DNA from: an uncultured Verrucomicrobiae bacterium
GTDB taxonomy: Bacteria > Verrucomicrobiota > Verrucomicrobiia > Limisphaerales > Palsa-1400
Assembly (NCBI GenBank): GCA_963707025.1
Contig: CAVPOM010000004.1
Span: 416,001-480,000, forward strand
Direction of reading: 5' to 3'
DNA: 64,000 nucleotides
Shown: positions 28,444-41,504 of the stretch, in pieces
Position numbering within the stretch: the stretch's first letter is position 1
Layout of the letters: the number at the start of each line of letters is the position of its first letter
Program-made: the position numbers and the translations under genes
The notes under the pieces: generated by a model
The model's input: only the letters and a program-made list of their open reading frames with translations
Databases searched by the model: none
Told to the model about the DNA's origin: nothing

Positions 28444-30897
28444 ATGAAGGTGATTAGAGCTAATTCCGGTTCGGACCGGTGGCGGCGCAAGACCGCCAGG
28501 GCGGCGCTGGCTGCCGCATGGATGTTGGGCGTGTGCAGCCCCGAACTGCGCGCCCAGGCGGTGACCAACTTTATTGACCAGTTCAATCCAGGCGGCACGG
28601 GCGGCTACAGCTATGCCGCGGGGCAGATCACCAACGTCTGGAACAACTGGTTCGGAGGCGCCTTTCAATCGCTTGTCTGGGACCCCGGTAATGACGCCAA
28701 CAACAATCCGGAGTCAGGCTCCATGAAGGTCACCGCCGATTATCAGTCCACCAATAACCAGATCGAAATCTGGGACGAGGGACAAATCAATCCGCCGTTG
28801 AACGGCTACTTGCTGACCAATTTCTCCTGCAACGTCATGTTCGCCTCCGGCTCGGCCACGACCGTCAACGGGAGCGGGCAAACCATTTACGGCCATCTGC
28901 AGTTTGGCACGAGAACCAACGGTTACGGCCAGGACTACTTCGGGAGCGTCGAGGTCCCGGCCGGTGACAACGGCTGGACGCATGTGAACGTTCCGATCAA
29001 CGTCAGTGCCGACCCGGGCCTGGCGGCCATCGTGGATGTGCTGGTTCACATTTACGGGCCTTATTATTCCGGTTCGCCGCTCAACGGGCCGTCAACCTTC
29101 TGGGTGGACAACATCGCCTTTTCCGGCGCGGCGCCGCCGCCCTTGTCCACCAACTGTTACATTGACTATAGCAACGTCTTTCAACGCATAGACGGCTTTG
29201 GGGCGTCCTCGGCGTGGAATGGCGGCATCACCGCCACCCAGGGCAATCTGCTCTTCTCCACCAACACCAACATCGTTTACACGGACAACCTGGGCGCCAA
29301 GACCACCAACCATGGCATCGGCCTTTCCCTCCTGCGCAGCCGCATCGCCCCCGGAGGCACCACGGTTGAAAACGGCATCATGCAACAGGCCCAGTCACTC
29401 GGGGCCAGGGTTTGGAGCACGCCGTGGAGTCCGGCCGCCAATTTCAAGAGCAACACGAATGTCAACGGCGGCAGCTTCGTCGGCACCAGCAACAACTACT
29501 ACGCCTACGCCAGCCAGATGGCCGGTTATGTCGCTTCCATCAAGCGCAACTACGGTATCAACCTTTATGCCATATCCGTCCAAAACGAGCCGGACGCCAA
29601 CGTCACCACTTACGAATCCTGCAACTGGACAGCGCAACAGATTCATGACTATGTGCCTTTCCTTTACAACGCACTGGCTGCCAGCAATGTCAGCGCCACC
29701 AAAATCATTCTCCCCGAATCGGAGAATTGGCAGGATTATTCAAGCCTCATGGGCATCGCCATGAACGACGCAACTGTGGCCGCGGACGTGGCCATCATTG
29801 CCGACCACAACTACGATGGCGCCAACGGGCCGGCGGTCCTGGCCAAGACGACCTACGGCAAGGCCCTCTGGGAAACGGAGGTTTCCATTCTCAGCGGCAG
29901 CGACAGCAGCATCACCAACGGCGTCTATTACGCGCAGCGCATTTACCTTTTCATGACCCAGGCCCAGGCCAGCGCCTGGCATTATTGGTGGCTCATCAGT
30001 GGCGACAGCACCGGCAACGAGGGACTCCTGGACAACAACGCCGCCCTCACCAAACGCCTCTTCACCCTGGGCAACTACAGCCGCTTTGTGCGCCCCAACT
30101 ATTATCGCATCGGCGTCAGCAACACCAGCGCCGCCTTGATCAGCGCCTACAAGGACTCCGCTTCCCCAAACTTCGCCATCGTGGCTGTCAACACCAATGC
30201 CACGGCGAACCAGCCGCAAACCTTCATCCTCACCAACTTCATCACCACCGGCTCGGTCACTCCGTGGATCACTTCAGCCGCCATGTCCCTCAGCAACCAG
30301 CCTCCCGTGGCGGCCAGCGGCAACTCGTTCAGCTACTCGCTGCCGCCACTCAGCGTCGTCACCTTCGTCGGCCAGGCCAGCACTAATACCGCCCCCGTCC
30401 TGGCGCACATCGCCGACCAAACCATCAACGCCGGCGTTATCCTCATGCTGACCAACGAGGCGGCGGACGCGGAATCCCCGCCGCAGACTCTCGCCTTCAG
30501 CCTGTTGGCCGCGCCTTCCAACGCCACCCTCGACAGCGCCAGCGGTCTTTTCACCTGGCGCCCGCTCGTGGCCCGGGCGGGCACGACCAACCCGGTGACC
30601 GTGGTTGTGACCGATAACGGCTTGCCGCCCCTCAGTGCGGCCAACAGCTTCAACGTCATCGTCAATCCGCTCACTCCCGTCCTCCTCGGCCCCATCGGGT
30701 CGGACGCCGGCGGCGGGGTCAGCATCCCGGTGACCGGGCCGCGCGGGCCGGACTATACTTTGCTGATGGCCACCAATCTGCCCGCCGCCCATTGGCAGCC
30801 ATTATTCACCACCAATTCGCCGGTGCTGCCGGTGACACTGGTGGACACAAACCACGCCAACACCGCGCGGTTCTACCGAATCCAGATCGGGCCATGA
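28444..30897 (+). CDS. secreted GH30 (glucurono)xylanase with N-terminal putative CBM and Ig/cadherin-like domain
   Basis: [44 protein letters not shown]-terminal RFYRI. Confidence 0.85.
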   Translation: MKVIRANSGSDRWRRKTARAALAAAWMLGVCSPELRAQAVTNFIDQFNPGGTGGYSYAAGQITNVWNNWFGGAFQSLVWDPGNDANNNPESGSMKVTADYQSTNNQIEIWDEGQINPPLNGYLLTNFSCNVMFASGSATTVNGSGQTIYGHLQFGTRTNGYGQDYFGSVEVPAGDNGWTHVNVPINVSADPGLAAIVDVLVHIYGPYYSGSPLNGPSTFWVDNIAFSGAAPPPLSTNCYIDYSNVFQRIDGFGASSAWNGGITATQGNLLFSTNTNIVYTDNLGAKTTNHGIGLSLLRSRIAPGGTTVENGIMQQAQSLGARVWSTPWSPAANFKSNTNVNGGSFVGTSNNYYAYASQMAGYVASIKRNYGINLYAISVQNEPDANVTTYESCNWTAQQIHDYVPFLYNALAASNVSATKIILPESENWQDYSSLMGIAMNDATVAADVAIIADHNYDGANGPAVLAKTTYGKALWETEVSILSGSDSSITNGVYYAQRIYLFMTQAQASAWHYWWLISGDSTGNEGLLDNNAALTKRLFTLGNYSRFVRPNYYRIGVSNTSAALISAYKDSASPNFAIVAVNTNATANQPQTFILTNFITTGSVTPWITSAAMSLSNQPPVAASGNSFSYSLPPLSVVTFVGQASTNTAPVLAHIADQTINAGVILMLTNEAADAESPPQTLAFSLLAAPSNATLDSASGLFTWRPLVARAGTTNPVTVVVTDNGLPPLSAANSFNVIVNPLTPVLLGPIGSDAGGGVSIPVTGPRGPDYTLLMATNLPAAHWQPLFTTNSPVLPVTLVDTNHANTARFYRIQIGP

Positions 30898-31766
30898 AGG
30901 ACGCAAATCAAACGGGGAGAACACCCCATACAACTATGAACAATAATTTTACTCCAAGCCGGCCGGCGCCGGAGGTCCGCCGCCTTGCTTGGCCGGCGGG
31001 ATTGGCAACATCAGGGAAAACCCGGCGGTGGCGCGGCTTTACCTTGATCGAGCTTCTCGTGGTCATTGCCATCATCGCCATTCTCGCCTCGCTGCTGCTC
31101 CCCGTCCTGGCGCTGGCCAAGGAGAAGGGGAGACGGACCCAGTGCCTGAGCAACTTGCGCATTGTCTTGCTCGGCTGTTCCATGTATGCCACCGACAACC
31201 ATGAGATGTTCTTCAATGCGCGGGACAACGAGGTCCAGATCTGCCTGGATCCTCCGGAGGGCATCACCTCCACCGAAGCGGGCTTGCTCGTCAAATCCAA
31301 CACCCCCAGCGTCTGGACCTGCCCGAACCGGCCGGGATTTCCCTATTATGATGCCGGCAATGTGCAGTGGGCCATCGGTTACCAGTATTTCGGCGGCATC
31401 AGCAATTGGCTCAATCCGCATGGAACCTTCCTCTCCCGCAGCCCCATTAAACAGTCCGTCGCCCAGCCCTACTGGGTTCTGGCCTCCGACACCACCCTGA
31501 AAATTGACGGAGCTTGGGGCGGGGGCGGGGTGGATGCCGATGGATTCGACTTCCGCTACATGCCCTCCCATCTTCCCAACAAAGTCCCGGAAGGAGGCAA
31601 TGAAGTCTTCATGGATGGCTCCGCCCGCTGGGTTACCTTCAGGACCATGTATTACTTGACCACTTGGAACGCGGATGGGTCCCGCATCGCCTACTTTTAC
31701 CAAAGTCCTGTTGATTTTGACCCAAAACTGGTAAATGTGCTGAGCCAATTGGCCGCCACGCCCTGA
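30894..31766 (+). CDS. second prepilin-type N-terminal cleavage/methylation protein
   Basis: [25 protein letters not shown]...[13 protein letters not shown]. Confidence 0.88.
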   Translation: MKDANQTGRTPHTTMNNNFTPSRPAPEVRRLAWPAGLATSGKTRRWRGFTLIELLVVIAIIAILASLLLPVLALAKEKGRRTQCLSNLRIVLLGCSMYATDNHEMFFNARDNEVQICLDPPEGITSTEAGLLVKSNTPSVWTCPNRPGFPYYDAGNVQWAIGYQYFGGISNWLNPHGTFLSRSPIKQSVAQPYWVLASDTTLKIDGAWGGGGVDADGFDFRYMPSHLPNKVPEGGNEVFMDGSARWVTFRTMYYLTTWNADGSRIAYFYQSPVDFDPKLVNVLSQLAATP

Positions 31767-31860
31767 CCGATTAGCCTTGGCAATGGGCGGTTCTTGCCAT
31801 TTCATCACCTCATAAATCTGTCATGATTGGACGATGATAAACCCCCGGACTTGAAGAGAT

Positions 31861-33213
31861 ATGCCTGCCATCAAAAGCTCACATCCTGTTCCGCCGCCTG
31901 TTGGATCGTTCTGCCGCATGGCCTTGCCGGCGCTGCTCCTGTTGTTCCTGGCGTCGCCCAGTCTGGCGCAGCGGTTGACGCTGACGCCGCACAACAAGAC
32001 TGGCATATACAACCTTGGCGAAAAAGCCGGCTGGACCCTCACCCTGCCCGAGGGCGCGCCGGCTCCTTCCGGCAAATACTCCTACACGGTCAAGAAGAAC
32101 AATCAGGAAGAAATCAGGTCCGGCGAGCTGGACCTTTCCTCCGGCTCGGCCAGCATTGACATCACACTGGATGAGCCGGCCATGCTCTACGCGCAGGTCA
32201 CACCGCCGCCGGGTGGGGGCGGGCGCGGCGGTGTGGTGGCTGGCGCAGCCATCGCTCCGGCCAAGCTGCAACCCTCCGCGCCGCGTCCGGCGGACTTCGA
32301 CTCTTTCTGGGAATCGAAGATCAAGCTGCTCAAGGAAATTCCCGAAAACGCGGTCCTCGCCCCCGGCGACAGCGGCCGGCCCGGCGTCGAATACTTCACC
32401 ATCACGATGGATCACATCAAAGGCGCGCACGTTCACGGCCAGCTTGCCAAACCAAAAAAAGAGGGAAAGTTCCCGGCGTTGCTCATTCTGCAATGGGCCA
32501 GTCCGCCCTATCCCCTGCAAAAGCCCTGGGTTACCGACCGCGCCGCCCAAGGCTGGCTCACCCTGAATATCGAACCCCACGACGTGCTCCCCGACCAGCC
32601 CCAGTCCTATTACGATGCCCTCCCGCGGGAAATCAAGCAATACCAGGCCATTGGCCGGGAGGACCGCGACAAATGTTATTTTCTCCAAATGTATCTCGCC
32701 GACTACCGTGCGGTGGATTATCTGGCCGGCCGGCCCGATTGGGACGGCAAAACCCTCGTGGTCATGGGCACCAGCATGGGCGGCCAGCAGAGCCTGTGCG
32801 TCGCGGGGCTTCATCCGAAAGTCACGCATGTCATTGTCAACGAGCCGTCCGGCTGCGACGCCAACGGGCCGCTTCATGGCCGCGCCTCAGGCTATCCCAA
32901 CTGGCCCTCCAGCAATCCCAAGATCATGGCAACCGCGCCCTATTTTGACACGGTGAATTTCGCTTCCCATGTCAAAGCGACGGCGCTGGTCGCCATGGGT
33001 TTCATAGATACAACCGCCCCGCCGGTCGGCATCTGGACAGCCTTCAATCAAATCCAAGGGCCCAAGGAAGCCGCCCCAATGTTGGATTCTCCGCACAACA
33101 ATCTGGCCACCCCGGCCCAACAGCGGCCCTACACCCAGCGTTCGGCCGAGTGGCTTGATATTCTGGTCAAGGGCGGCGAAATAAACCCCCACGCAAGCGC
33201 AGGCAACCCATGA
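31861..33213 (+). CDS. acetyl xylan esterase (CE7/AXE1-like), secreted
   Basis: PADFDSFWE, RAVDYL, GTSMGG nucleophile elbow, YFDTVNFA. Confidence 0.85.
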   Translation: MPAIKSSHPVPPPVGSFCRMALPALLLLFLASPSLAQRLTLTPHNKTGIYNLGEKAGWTLTLPEGAPAPSGKYSYTVKKNNQEEIRSGELDLSSGSASIDITLDEPAMLYAQVTPPPGGGGRGGVVAGAAIAPAKLQPSAPRPADFDSFWESKIKLLKEIPENAVLAPGDSGRPGVEYFTITMDHIKGAHVHGQLAKPKKEGKFPALLILQWASPPYPLQKPWVTDRAAQGWLTLNIEPHDVLPDQPQSYYDALPREIKQYQAIGREDRDKCYFLQMYLADYRAVDYLAGRPDWDGKTLVVMGTSMGGQQSLCVAGLHPKVTHVIVNEPSGCDANGPLHGRASGYPNWPSSNPKIMATAPYFDTVNFASHVKATALVAMGFIDTTAPPVGIWTAFNQIQGPKEAAPMLDSPHNNLATPAQQRPYTQRSAEWLDILVKGGEINPHASAGNP

Positions 33214-33256
33214 ACAAGCCAAAATCCATATCTCAACTTCTAAAGGGTAATTGGTT

Positions 33257-35692
<2,436 letters not shown>

Positions 35693-35708
35693 CGGCCCCG
35701 GCACGAAA

Positions 35709-38639
35709 ATGAAAACCCGCCTCAGCCTCCTGTTGCTGGGACTGTGCCTTTGCTCTTGCACCTTCCCAAGGACCGGACCCGGCCCGGCGCCGTTCTGCGG
35801 AACAGTCAAGACCAAAGACAGTTTCGCCATCGTGCAGGACAATGCGGCCGCGCCGCTTTGGGTGGAGGCCGGCGATTTTCCCGGCGTCCTGCGCGCGGCC
35901 AACGACCTGCGCCGGGATGTCGGGCGCGTGACCGGCCGGACGCCGTTGGTCATCCAGGAAGAAAACGCCCCCGCGGCGAACGTCATCCTCATTGGAACCA
36001 TCGGCAAAAATCCTGTAATTGACAGAATGATTCGGGAAAACAAGCTGGATGTCACGGGCATCGCCGGCCAGTGGGAATCGTTTCTCATCCAGGCGGTGCC
36101 CGACCCGCTGCCCGGCGTGAGCGCCGCCCTGGTCATCGCCGGGAGCGACAAACGGGGAACCATTTACGGCATTTACGAGCTTTCCGGGCAGATCGGCGTT
36201 TCGCCCTGGTATTATTGGGCGGACGTGCCGGTGGAGCACAAAGCGGCTCTCTTTGTCAAAGCCGGCCCCTGCAAACAGGGGCCGCCGTCGGTCAAATATC
36301 GCGGCCTTTTTTTGAATGACGAGAATCCCGACCTGACCCAGTGGGTGCGGGAGAAATTCGGCACGGTGCCGGTGCCCGGCGGTGAGCCCACGGCCAATTA
36401 CGGGCGGGGATTCTACACCAATCTGTTTGAATTGATTCTGCGGCTCAAGGGCAACTTCCTTTGGCCGGCCATGTGGAACAACCGCTTCAACGAAGACGAT
36501 CCGGAAAACCCCCGGCTGGCCGACCAATACGGCATCGTCATGGGCACCTCCCACCAGGAGCCGATGCTGCGGGCGCAAAAGGAATGGGACTGGGGAACCA
36601 ATTACGGCAGAATCTATGGCAACTGGAATTATGCCGCGGCCCGGCAGCAGCCGGTGCTCCAGCAATTCTGGCGGGAAGGGGTCCGGCGCAACCGGAATTT
36701 CGAGAGCATCTTCACCATGGGCCTGCGGGCCGAGAACGACAGCGCCGCGCCCATCGGCCGGGACCTGACCGGGGAAATCGTCAACGAGCAGCGCAAAATT
36801 CTGGCCGAAGAAGTCAATCCGGATTTGACCCGGGTGCCGCAGGCCTGGTGCCTCTACAAGGAGGTGCAGGACTATTACAACGAGGGGCTGCATCCGCCTG
36901 AGGATGTTACGCTGCTCTGGGCGGAGGACAACTGGGGCAACCTTCGCCGCTTGCCCACCGCCGGCGAACGCCAGCGCCCCGGCGGCGCGGGAATTTATTA
37001 TCACTTTGATTACCACGGCGGACCGCGCAGCTACCAGTGGATCAACACCAGTCCCATTGCGAAAATCTGGGACCAGATGTCGCTGGCCAAACAGTATGGG
37101 GCGGACCGGATTTGGATCGTCAACGTCGGGCACTTCAAAGGCTGCGAGTTCCCCCTGGAATACTTCCTGAGCCTGGCCTGGGACACCAGCCGGTGGACCA
37201 ACAACAACCTCAATGAGTTCACCCGGCTTTGGGCGGCCCGGCAATTTGGGCCGGCCTGCGCGGCGGAGATCGCCGACATCCTGGCCAAATACAGCAAGTA
37301 CAATGGCCGGCGCAAACCCGAATTGCTCGAGCCCGGCACCTACAGCCTCGAACACTACCAGGAGGCCGAGCGCGTGGTGGCGGATTTCCTGGCCATCTCA
37401 GGCAAGGCGGAGAAAATTTACCAGCAATTGCCGCGGGAAAAACAGGACGCCTTCTATGAGCTGGTGCTGTTTCCCGCCAAAGCCAGCGCGCAGTTGAACG
37501 AGATGTACCTCGCCGCCAACCAGAACGCGGTCTATGCGCGCCAGGGCCGCGCCAGCGCCAACGACAAGGCGGCCGAGTGCCGCGCCCTGTTCCAGCGGGA
37601 AACGAATTTGATGGCTTACTACAACCACACCTTCGCCGGCGGGAAATGGGATCACTTCATGGATCAGCCCTTTATCGGTTACACCACCTGGGCCGAACCG
37701 CGCCAGGGAAATAATCTGGGCGCCATCAGGCTCAAGGAACTTCCCGTGCCGGACGCGGCGGAGATGGGCCTGGCGCTGGAAGGCGGCGGCGACGCCCTGC
37801 CGCGCTTCGACGCTTTTAACCAACAGCGCCATTACTTGGAGGTGTTCAACAAGGGAAAAACGCCGTTTGCCTTCACCGCGGCGGCCAGCGATTCCTGGAT
37901 CACCCTGAGCGAAACCCAGGGGACGGTTGGCAAGGACCAACGGCTGTGGGTCGGGGTGGATTGGGGCAAGGCCCCCAAGGGGACGGCCGCCGGCACGGTG
38001 CGCCTGGCCGGCCTCAACACCAATTTCACCGTGAAGGTGGAGGCCCTCAATCCCGTGGAAGTGACGCGCCGTTCCCTTCAGGGCTTTGTGGAAGGCGATG
38101 GCGTCGTTGCCATCGAACCGGAGCACTGGACAAAAATAATTGACTCCGGGGCCGGGCGCTGGATCAAAATCCAGGATTACGGACGCACCTTGTCCGGGAT
38201 GAGGGCGGCGGGGCCGGTGGATGCCCCGCCCGCCGCGCCGGGAAAGGATGCGCCCTGCCTGGAATACCGGATGTATCTGTTCAGCGCGGGCGAGGCGGAA
38301 GTCACCACCATCACCGGCCCAACCTTGAATTTCGTTCCTGGGCGCGACCTTCGGTTCGCCCTCGCCTTCGACGACGCGCCGCCGCAGACCGTCCCCCTCG
38401 TGCCGGGGAATTACAGCGCGCAGAACGGCAACCGCGACTGGGAGACCTCGGTGAAGGACAGCGCGCGCATGGTCAAGACGAAATTCACGCTGGCCCGGCC
38501 CGGCTATCATACCTTGAAGCTCTGGATGGTTGATCCGGGCGTGGTCGTGCAGAAACTCGTGGTGGACCTGGGCGGCCTGAAACCGAGTTATCTCGGACCG
38601 CCGGAGAGTTATCGCGGCGCTCAAAATGCGCCCAGATGA
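35709..38639 (+). CDS. GH115 alpha-(4-O-methyl)glucuronidase
   Basis: GSDKRGTIYG, IGVSPWYYWADVP, YRGLFLNDE, NFLWPAMW, MGTSHQEP, GIYYHFDYHGGPRSYQW. Confidence 0.92.
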   Translation: MKTRLSLLLLGLCLCSCTFPRTGPGPAPFCGTVKTKDSFAIVQDNAAAPLWVEAGDFPGVLRAANDLRRDVGRVTGRTPLVIQEENAPAANVILIGTIGKNPVIDRMIRENKLDVTGIAGQWESFLIQAVPDPLPGVSAALVIAGSDKRGTIYGIYELSGQIGVSPWYYWADVPVEHKAALFVKAGPCKQGPPSVKYRGLFLNDENPDLTQWVREKFGTVPVPGGEPTANYGRGFYTNLFELILRLKGNFLWPAMWNNRFNEDDPENPRLADQYGIVMGTSHQEPMLRAQKEWDWGTNYGRIYGNWNYAAARQQPVLQQFWREGVRRNRNFESIFTMGLRAENDSAAPIGRDLTGEIVNEQRKILAEEVNPDLTRVPQAWCLYKEVQDYYNEGLHPPEDVTLLWAEDNWGNLRRLPTAGERQRPGGAGIYYHFDYHGGPRSYQWINTSPIAKIWDQMSLAKQYGADRIWIVNVGHFKGCEFPLEYFLSLAWDTSRWTNNNLNEFTRLWAARQFGPACAAEIADILAKYSKYNGRRKPELLEPGTYSLEHYQEAERVVADFLAISGKAEKIYQQLPREKQDAFYELVLFPAKASAQLNEMYLAANQNAVYARQGRASANDKAAECRALFQRETNLMAYYNHTFAGGKWDHFMDQPFIGYTTWAEPRQGNNLGAIRLKELPVPDAAEMGLALEGGGDALPRFDAFNQQRHYLEVFNKGKTPFAFTAAASDSWITLSETQGTVGKDQRLWVGVDWGKAPKGTAAGTVRLAGLNTNFTVKVEALNPVEVTRRSLQGFVEGDGVVAIEPEHWTKIIDSGAGRWIKIQDYGRTLSGMRAAGPVDAPPAAPGKDAPCLEYRMYLFSAGEAEVTTITGPTLNFVPGRDLRFALAFDDAPPQTVPLVPGNYSAQNGNRDWETSVKDSARMVKTKFTLARPGYHTLKLWMVDPGVVVQKLVVDLGGLKPSYLGPPESYRGAQNAPR

Positions 38640-39943
38640 TGATGCCACTTCGCGCCGATAGATTGCCGAAGATCCGGACACCGCTCTGGAACGGGGCGGG
38701 TTTAATTCTGATTTTGTTTTTGGCCGGCTGCCGCAGCCCGGCCCGCCCAAGGAACGGGGCCGATGGCGGCGGTGCTTATGCGACGGGACACTACCGCAAT
38801 CTGTTTGTTGAGGCGGGCCATCCGGCCGGGGAAGTGAGACGGAAGGTGGAGGTGGCTTTTGCCCAGTTGTTCCACGGCAACCCAACCAACCAGGCGGTCT
38901 ATTTCGAGGCCGGCCGCAATGCCAACGGGCCGCTCGCCTGCATCACCGATATCAAACACCACGACGTCCGCACCGAAGGACTCTCTTACGGCATGATCAT
39001 TGCCGCGGAATTGGACAAAAAGGCCGAGTTCGATGCGCTCTGGAATTGGTCCCTCACCTGCCTCTACAATCCGGCAACGAACCATTTCTCCTATGGATTC
39101 TTCTCGTGGCAGGCGAGGACCAACGGGGCGCGCCTGAGCGAATTTGTGGCGCCGGACGGCGAAGAATACTATGTGATGGCCCTTTATTTTGCCGCCGGAC
39201 GATGGGGCAGCGGCCAGGGCATTTACAACTACCGCGCCCAAGCCGACGCCTTGCTGTCCCGCATGCTCCACCGCGCCGTCATCACCGGCCCCTCCGCGCG
39301 GGGAGGCCAGGTCACCGCCGGTCCGCTGTTTGATGCGGAGCACAAAATGGTTCTCTTTTCACCCAGTTCCGAACGCAATCGTTTCACCGATCCGTCCTAT
39401 CATTTGCCCGCCTTTTACGAGCTTTGGTCCCGCTGGGGTCCGGCGCAAGACCGCCCCTTCTGGGCAGCGGCGGCTGCCGCCAGCCGTGATTTTTTTCAGA
39501 GCACGGTCAATCCCATCACCGCGCTTAACCCCAATTATGCGAACTTCGACGGCACGCCCGCCGGTCGCGCCACCAACTTTTCTTACGACGCCTTCCGCAC
39601 CGCCGGGAACTGGTCGGTGGATTGGTCCTGGTGGGGAAAGGATGTCCGGGAACGGGAACTCAGCGACCGTCTGCAGGCCTTTTTCGAATCCAAAGGCATG
39701 GCTGATTACGGCTGTCAGTTCACCCTGGATGGCCGGCAACTCGAAGCGCGCCACGCCCAGGGTCTGGTCGCGGTCAACGCCGTCGCCAGCCTCGCCGCCA
39801 CTCAACCCCGCGCCAGGGAATTCGTCCAGGCCTTGTGGAATACGCCTGTCCCGGAGGGACTGGAACGCTATTACGAAGGCTTGCTCTATCTGATGGCCCT
39901 GTTGCATTGCAGCGGCGAGTTCCGCATCTGGCCGCCGCGATGA
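38636..39943 (+). CDS. GH8 reducing-end xylose-releasing exo-oligoxylanase (Rex-like), lipoprotein
   Basis: LAGC lipobox, DVRTEGLSYGM, APDGEEY, FTDPSYHLPAFYELW, SYDAFRT, YYEGLLY. Confidence 0.88.
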   Translation: MMMPLRADRLPKIRTPLWNGAGLILILFLAGCRSPARPRNGADGGGAYATGHYRNLFVEAGHPAGEVRRKVEVAFAQLFHGNPTNQAVYFEAGRNANGPLACITDIKHHDVRTEGLSYGMIIAAELDKKAEFDALWNWSLTCLYNPATNHFSYGFFSWQARTNGARLSEFVAPDGEEYYVMALYFAAGRWGSGQGIYNYRAQADALLSRMLHRAVITGPSARGGQVTAGPLFDAEHKMVLFSPSSERNRFTDPSYHLPAFYELWSRWGPAQDRPFWAAAAAASRDFFQSTVNPITALNPNYANFDGTPAGRATNFSYDAFRTAGNWSVDWSWWGKDVRERELSDRLQAFFESKGMADYGCQFTLDGRQLEARHAQGLVAVNAVASLAATQPRAREFVQALWNTPVPEGLERYYEGLLYLMALLHCSGEFRIWPPR

Positions 39944-40022
39944 TGGCGCGACGATTCCTGCGTCCCGAAACAAGTATGCCAATTCCAAGACATGTCTTCC
40001 AGGCGGTTTCCACCTTGTCAAT

Positions 40023-40331
40023 TTGCCAGTGGACTCCCACGAACTCATCGCCCTCTGCGCGCCGCGACCGCTATTTGTGACCGGCGGCACGGAAGATCTC
40101 TGGTCGGACCCGGTCGGAGAATTCAAGGCCTGCGTTGGAGCAGGCCCCGTCTATCGCCTCCTCGGCCAGCGCGACCTCGGCACGACCGGGATGCCCGCTC
40201 CCGATGTGGCTCTGATTGACGGTGACATCGCCTTCCGGGAGCACACGGGCGGCCATACCGATGCTCCCGACTGGCCGGCCTTCCTCAAGTTCGCCGACAA
40301 GTACTTCACTGCTTCCGCCCCGGCGAAGTAA
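40023..40331 (+). pseudogene. C-terminal fragment of a second CE15 esterase
   Basis: PVDSHELIALCAPRP...REHTGGHTD matches the CE15 at ~34510-34790; no N-terminal part or nucleophile. Confidence 0.75.
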
Positions 40332-40361
40332 CGTCCGCGCTTGGCTGATGGCCGGCGGGAA

Positions 40362-41492
40362 TTAAGGACCCGCCGCTTTGATCACGGCGTCAAAGGCGGG
40401 TTTTGGCCGGCCATTCCTGTCAAACAACAGCGGGTTGCCGCGCGACCGCCAGGAATCAGCATCCGTCACGCCCCAAAAAGTCACGAGCTTGATGTCTTTT
40501 TTATGTTTCAGGAAAACTCTGAAAAGTTCGGAATAACGCGCGGCCAATTGTTGCTGGAGGGCATCAGACAGGCCGCCGTTGGAGGGAGCCGCCCCGCTTT
40601 GGGCCTGGGCGTTGGCCGCGACATCGGCGGTGGTGGTTCGCTGGCCGCCACGGGAACAGTCAATGTCCAGCTCGGTGATCATCACCTGCAGGTTTAGCCT
40701 GGCGAAGGCGGCAATGGTGGCGTCCTCCTGTTCCGCGGTGGGAAAACTCAAATTGCCGTGCCCCTGCAAGCCGATGGAGGTGACGGGCACTCCCTGGGCC
40801 TGAAGTTTTTTGATGAGGGCGATGGCGCCGTTGCGTTTGGGTTCGTTTTCCAGGGAATAATCGTTGTAACGCAGCACCGCTTTGGGATCGGCTTCGTGCG
40901 CGTATTGAAAGGCCTTGGCAATGTAATCCTCGCCTATGATCCTCAACCAGGGCGATTGGCGCAGGGTGCCGTCCTCGTTCAGCGCCTCGTTGACCACGTC
41001 CCAAACCCGGATGCGGCCCTTGTAGCGGCCGACCACGGTATGAATGTGGTCGTGCATGCGCTGGAGCAGAGTTTCGCGATCGCAAGGCTGGCCGTTGCTT
41101 CCCTGGAAAACCCAGCGCGGCGTCTGGCTGTGCCAAATCAGCGTGTGGCCCACCACCAGCATGTGGTTGCTCTCGCCGAAGCCGGCGTACTGGTCCGGCC
41201 CCTCGAACGCGTAGCCATCCGCGCGGGGATGGACGGATTCCCACTTCAAAACATTTTCCGGGGAGATGGAGTTGAAATTGGCGGCGATGATCGGGTTGCC
41301 GCGGGCGTCCTGGCCGGAAAATTGCTTTTGGTTGACAGCCACACCAATGAGGAAGTCCTTTTTGTAGGCGAGCTTCAGGGTGGGCGGTCCCGGCGGAGCG
41401 GTGGTGCAACTGGTCATGGTCAAAAGGCCGGCGCTGGCAAGTCCCCAAAGCAGGGCGCGGACGGCCGGAGTGAAGAGGAGAGCCGTTTTCAT
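40362..41492 (-). CDS. GH10 endo-1,4-beta-xylanase
   Basis: SPENVLKW, GHTLIWHSQTP, WDVVNEA, YNDY, IGLQGH, ITELDI, VTFWG. Confidence 0.93.
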   Translation of the reverse strand: MKTALLFTPAVRALLWGLASAGLLTMTSCTTAPPGPPTLKLAYKKDFLIGVAVNQKQFSGQDARGNPIIAANFNSISPENVLKWESVHPRADGYAFEGPDQYAGFGESNHMLVVGHTLIWHSQTPRWVFQGSNGQPCDRETLLQRMHDHIHTVVGRYKGRIRVWDVVNEALNEDGTLRQSPWLRIIGEDYIAKAFQYAHEADPKAVLRYNDYSLENEPKRNGAIALIKKLQAQGVPVTSIGLQGHGNLSFPTAEQEDATIAAFARLNLQVMITELDIDCSRGGQRTTTADVAANAQAQSGAAPSNGGLSDALQQQLAARYSELFRVFLKHKKDIKLVTFWGVTDADSWRSRGNPLLFDRNGRPKPAFDAVIKAAGP

Positions 41493-41504
41493 CGCAGATT
41501 TGGT

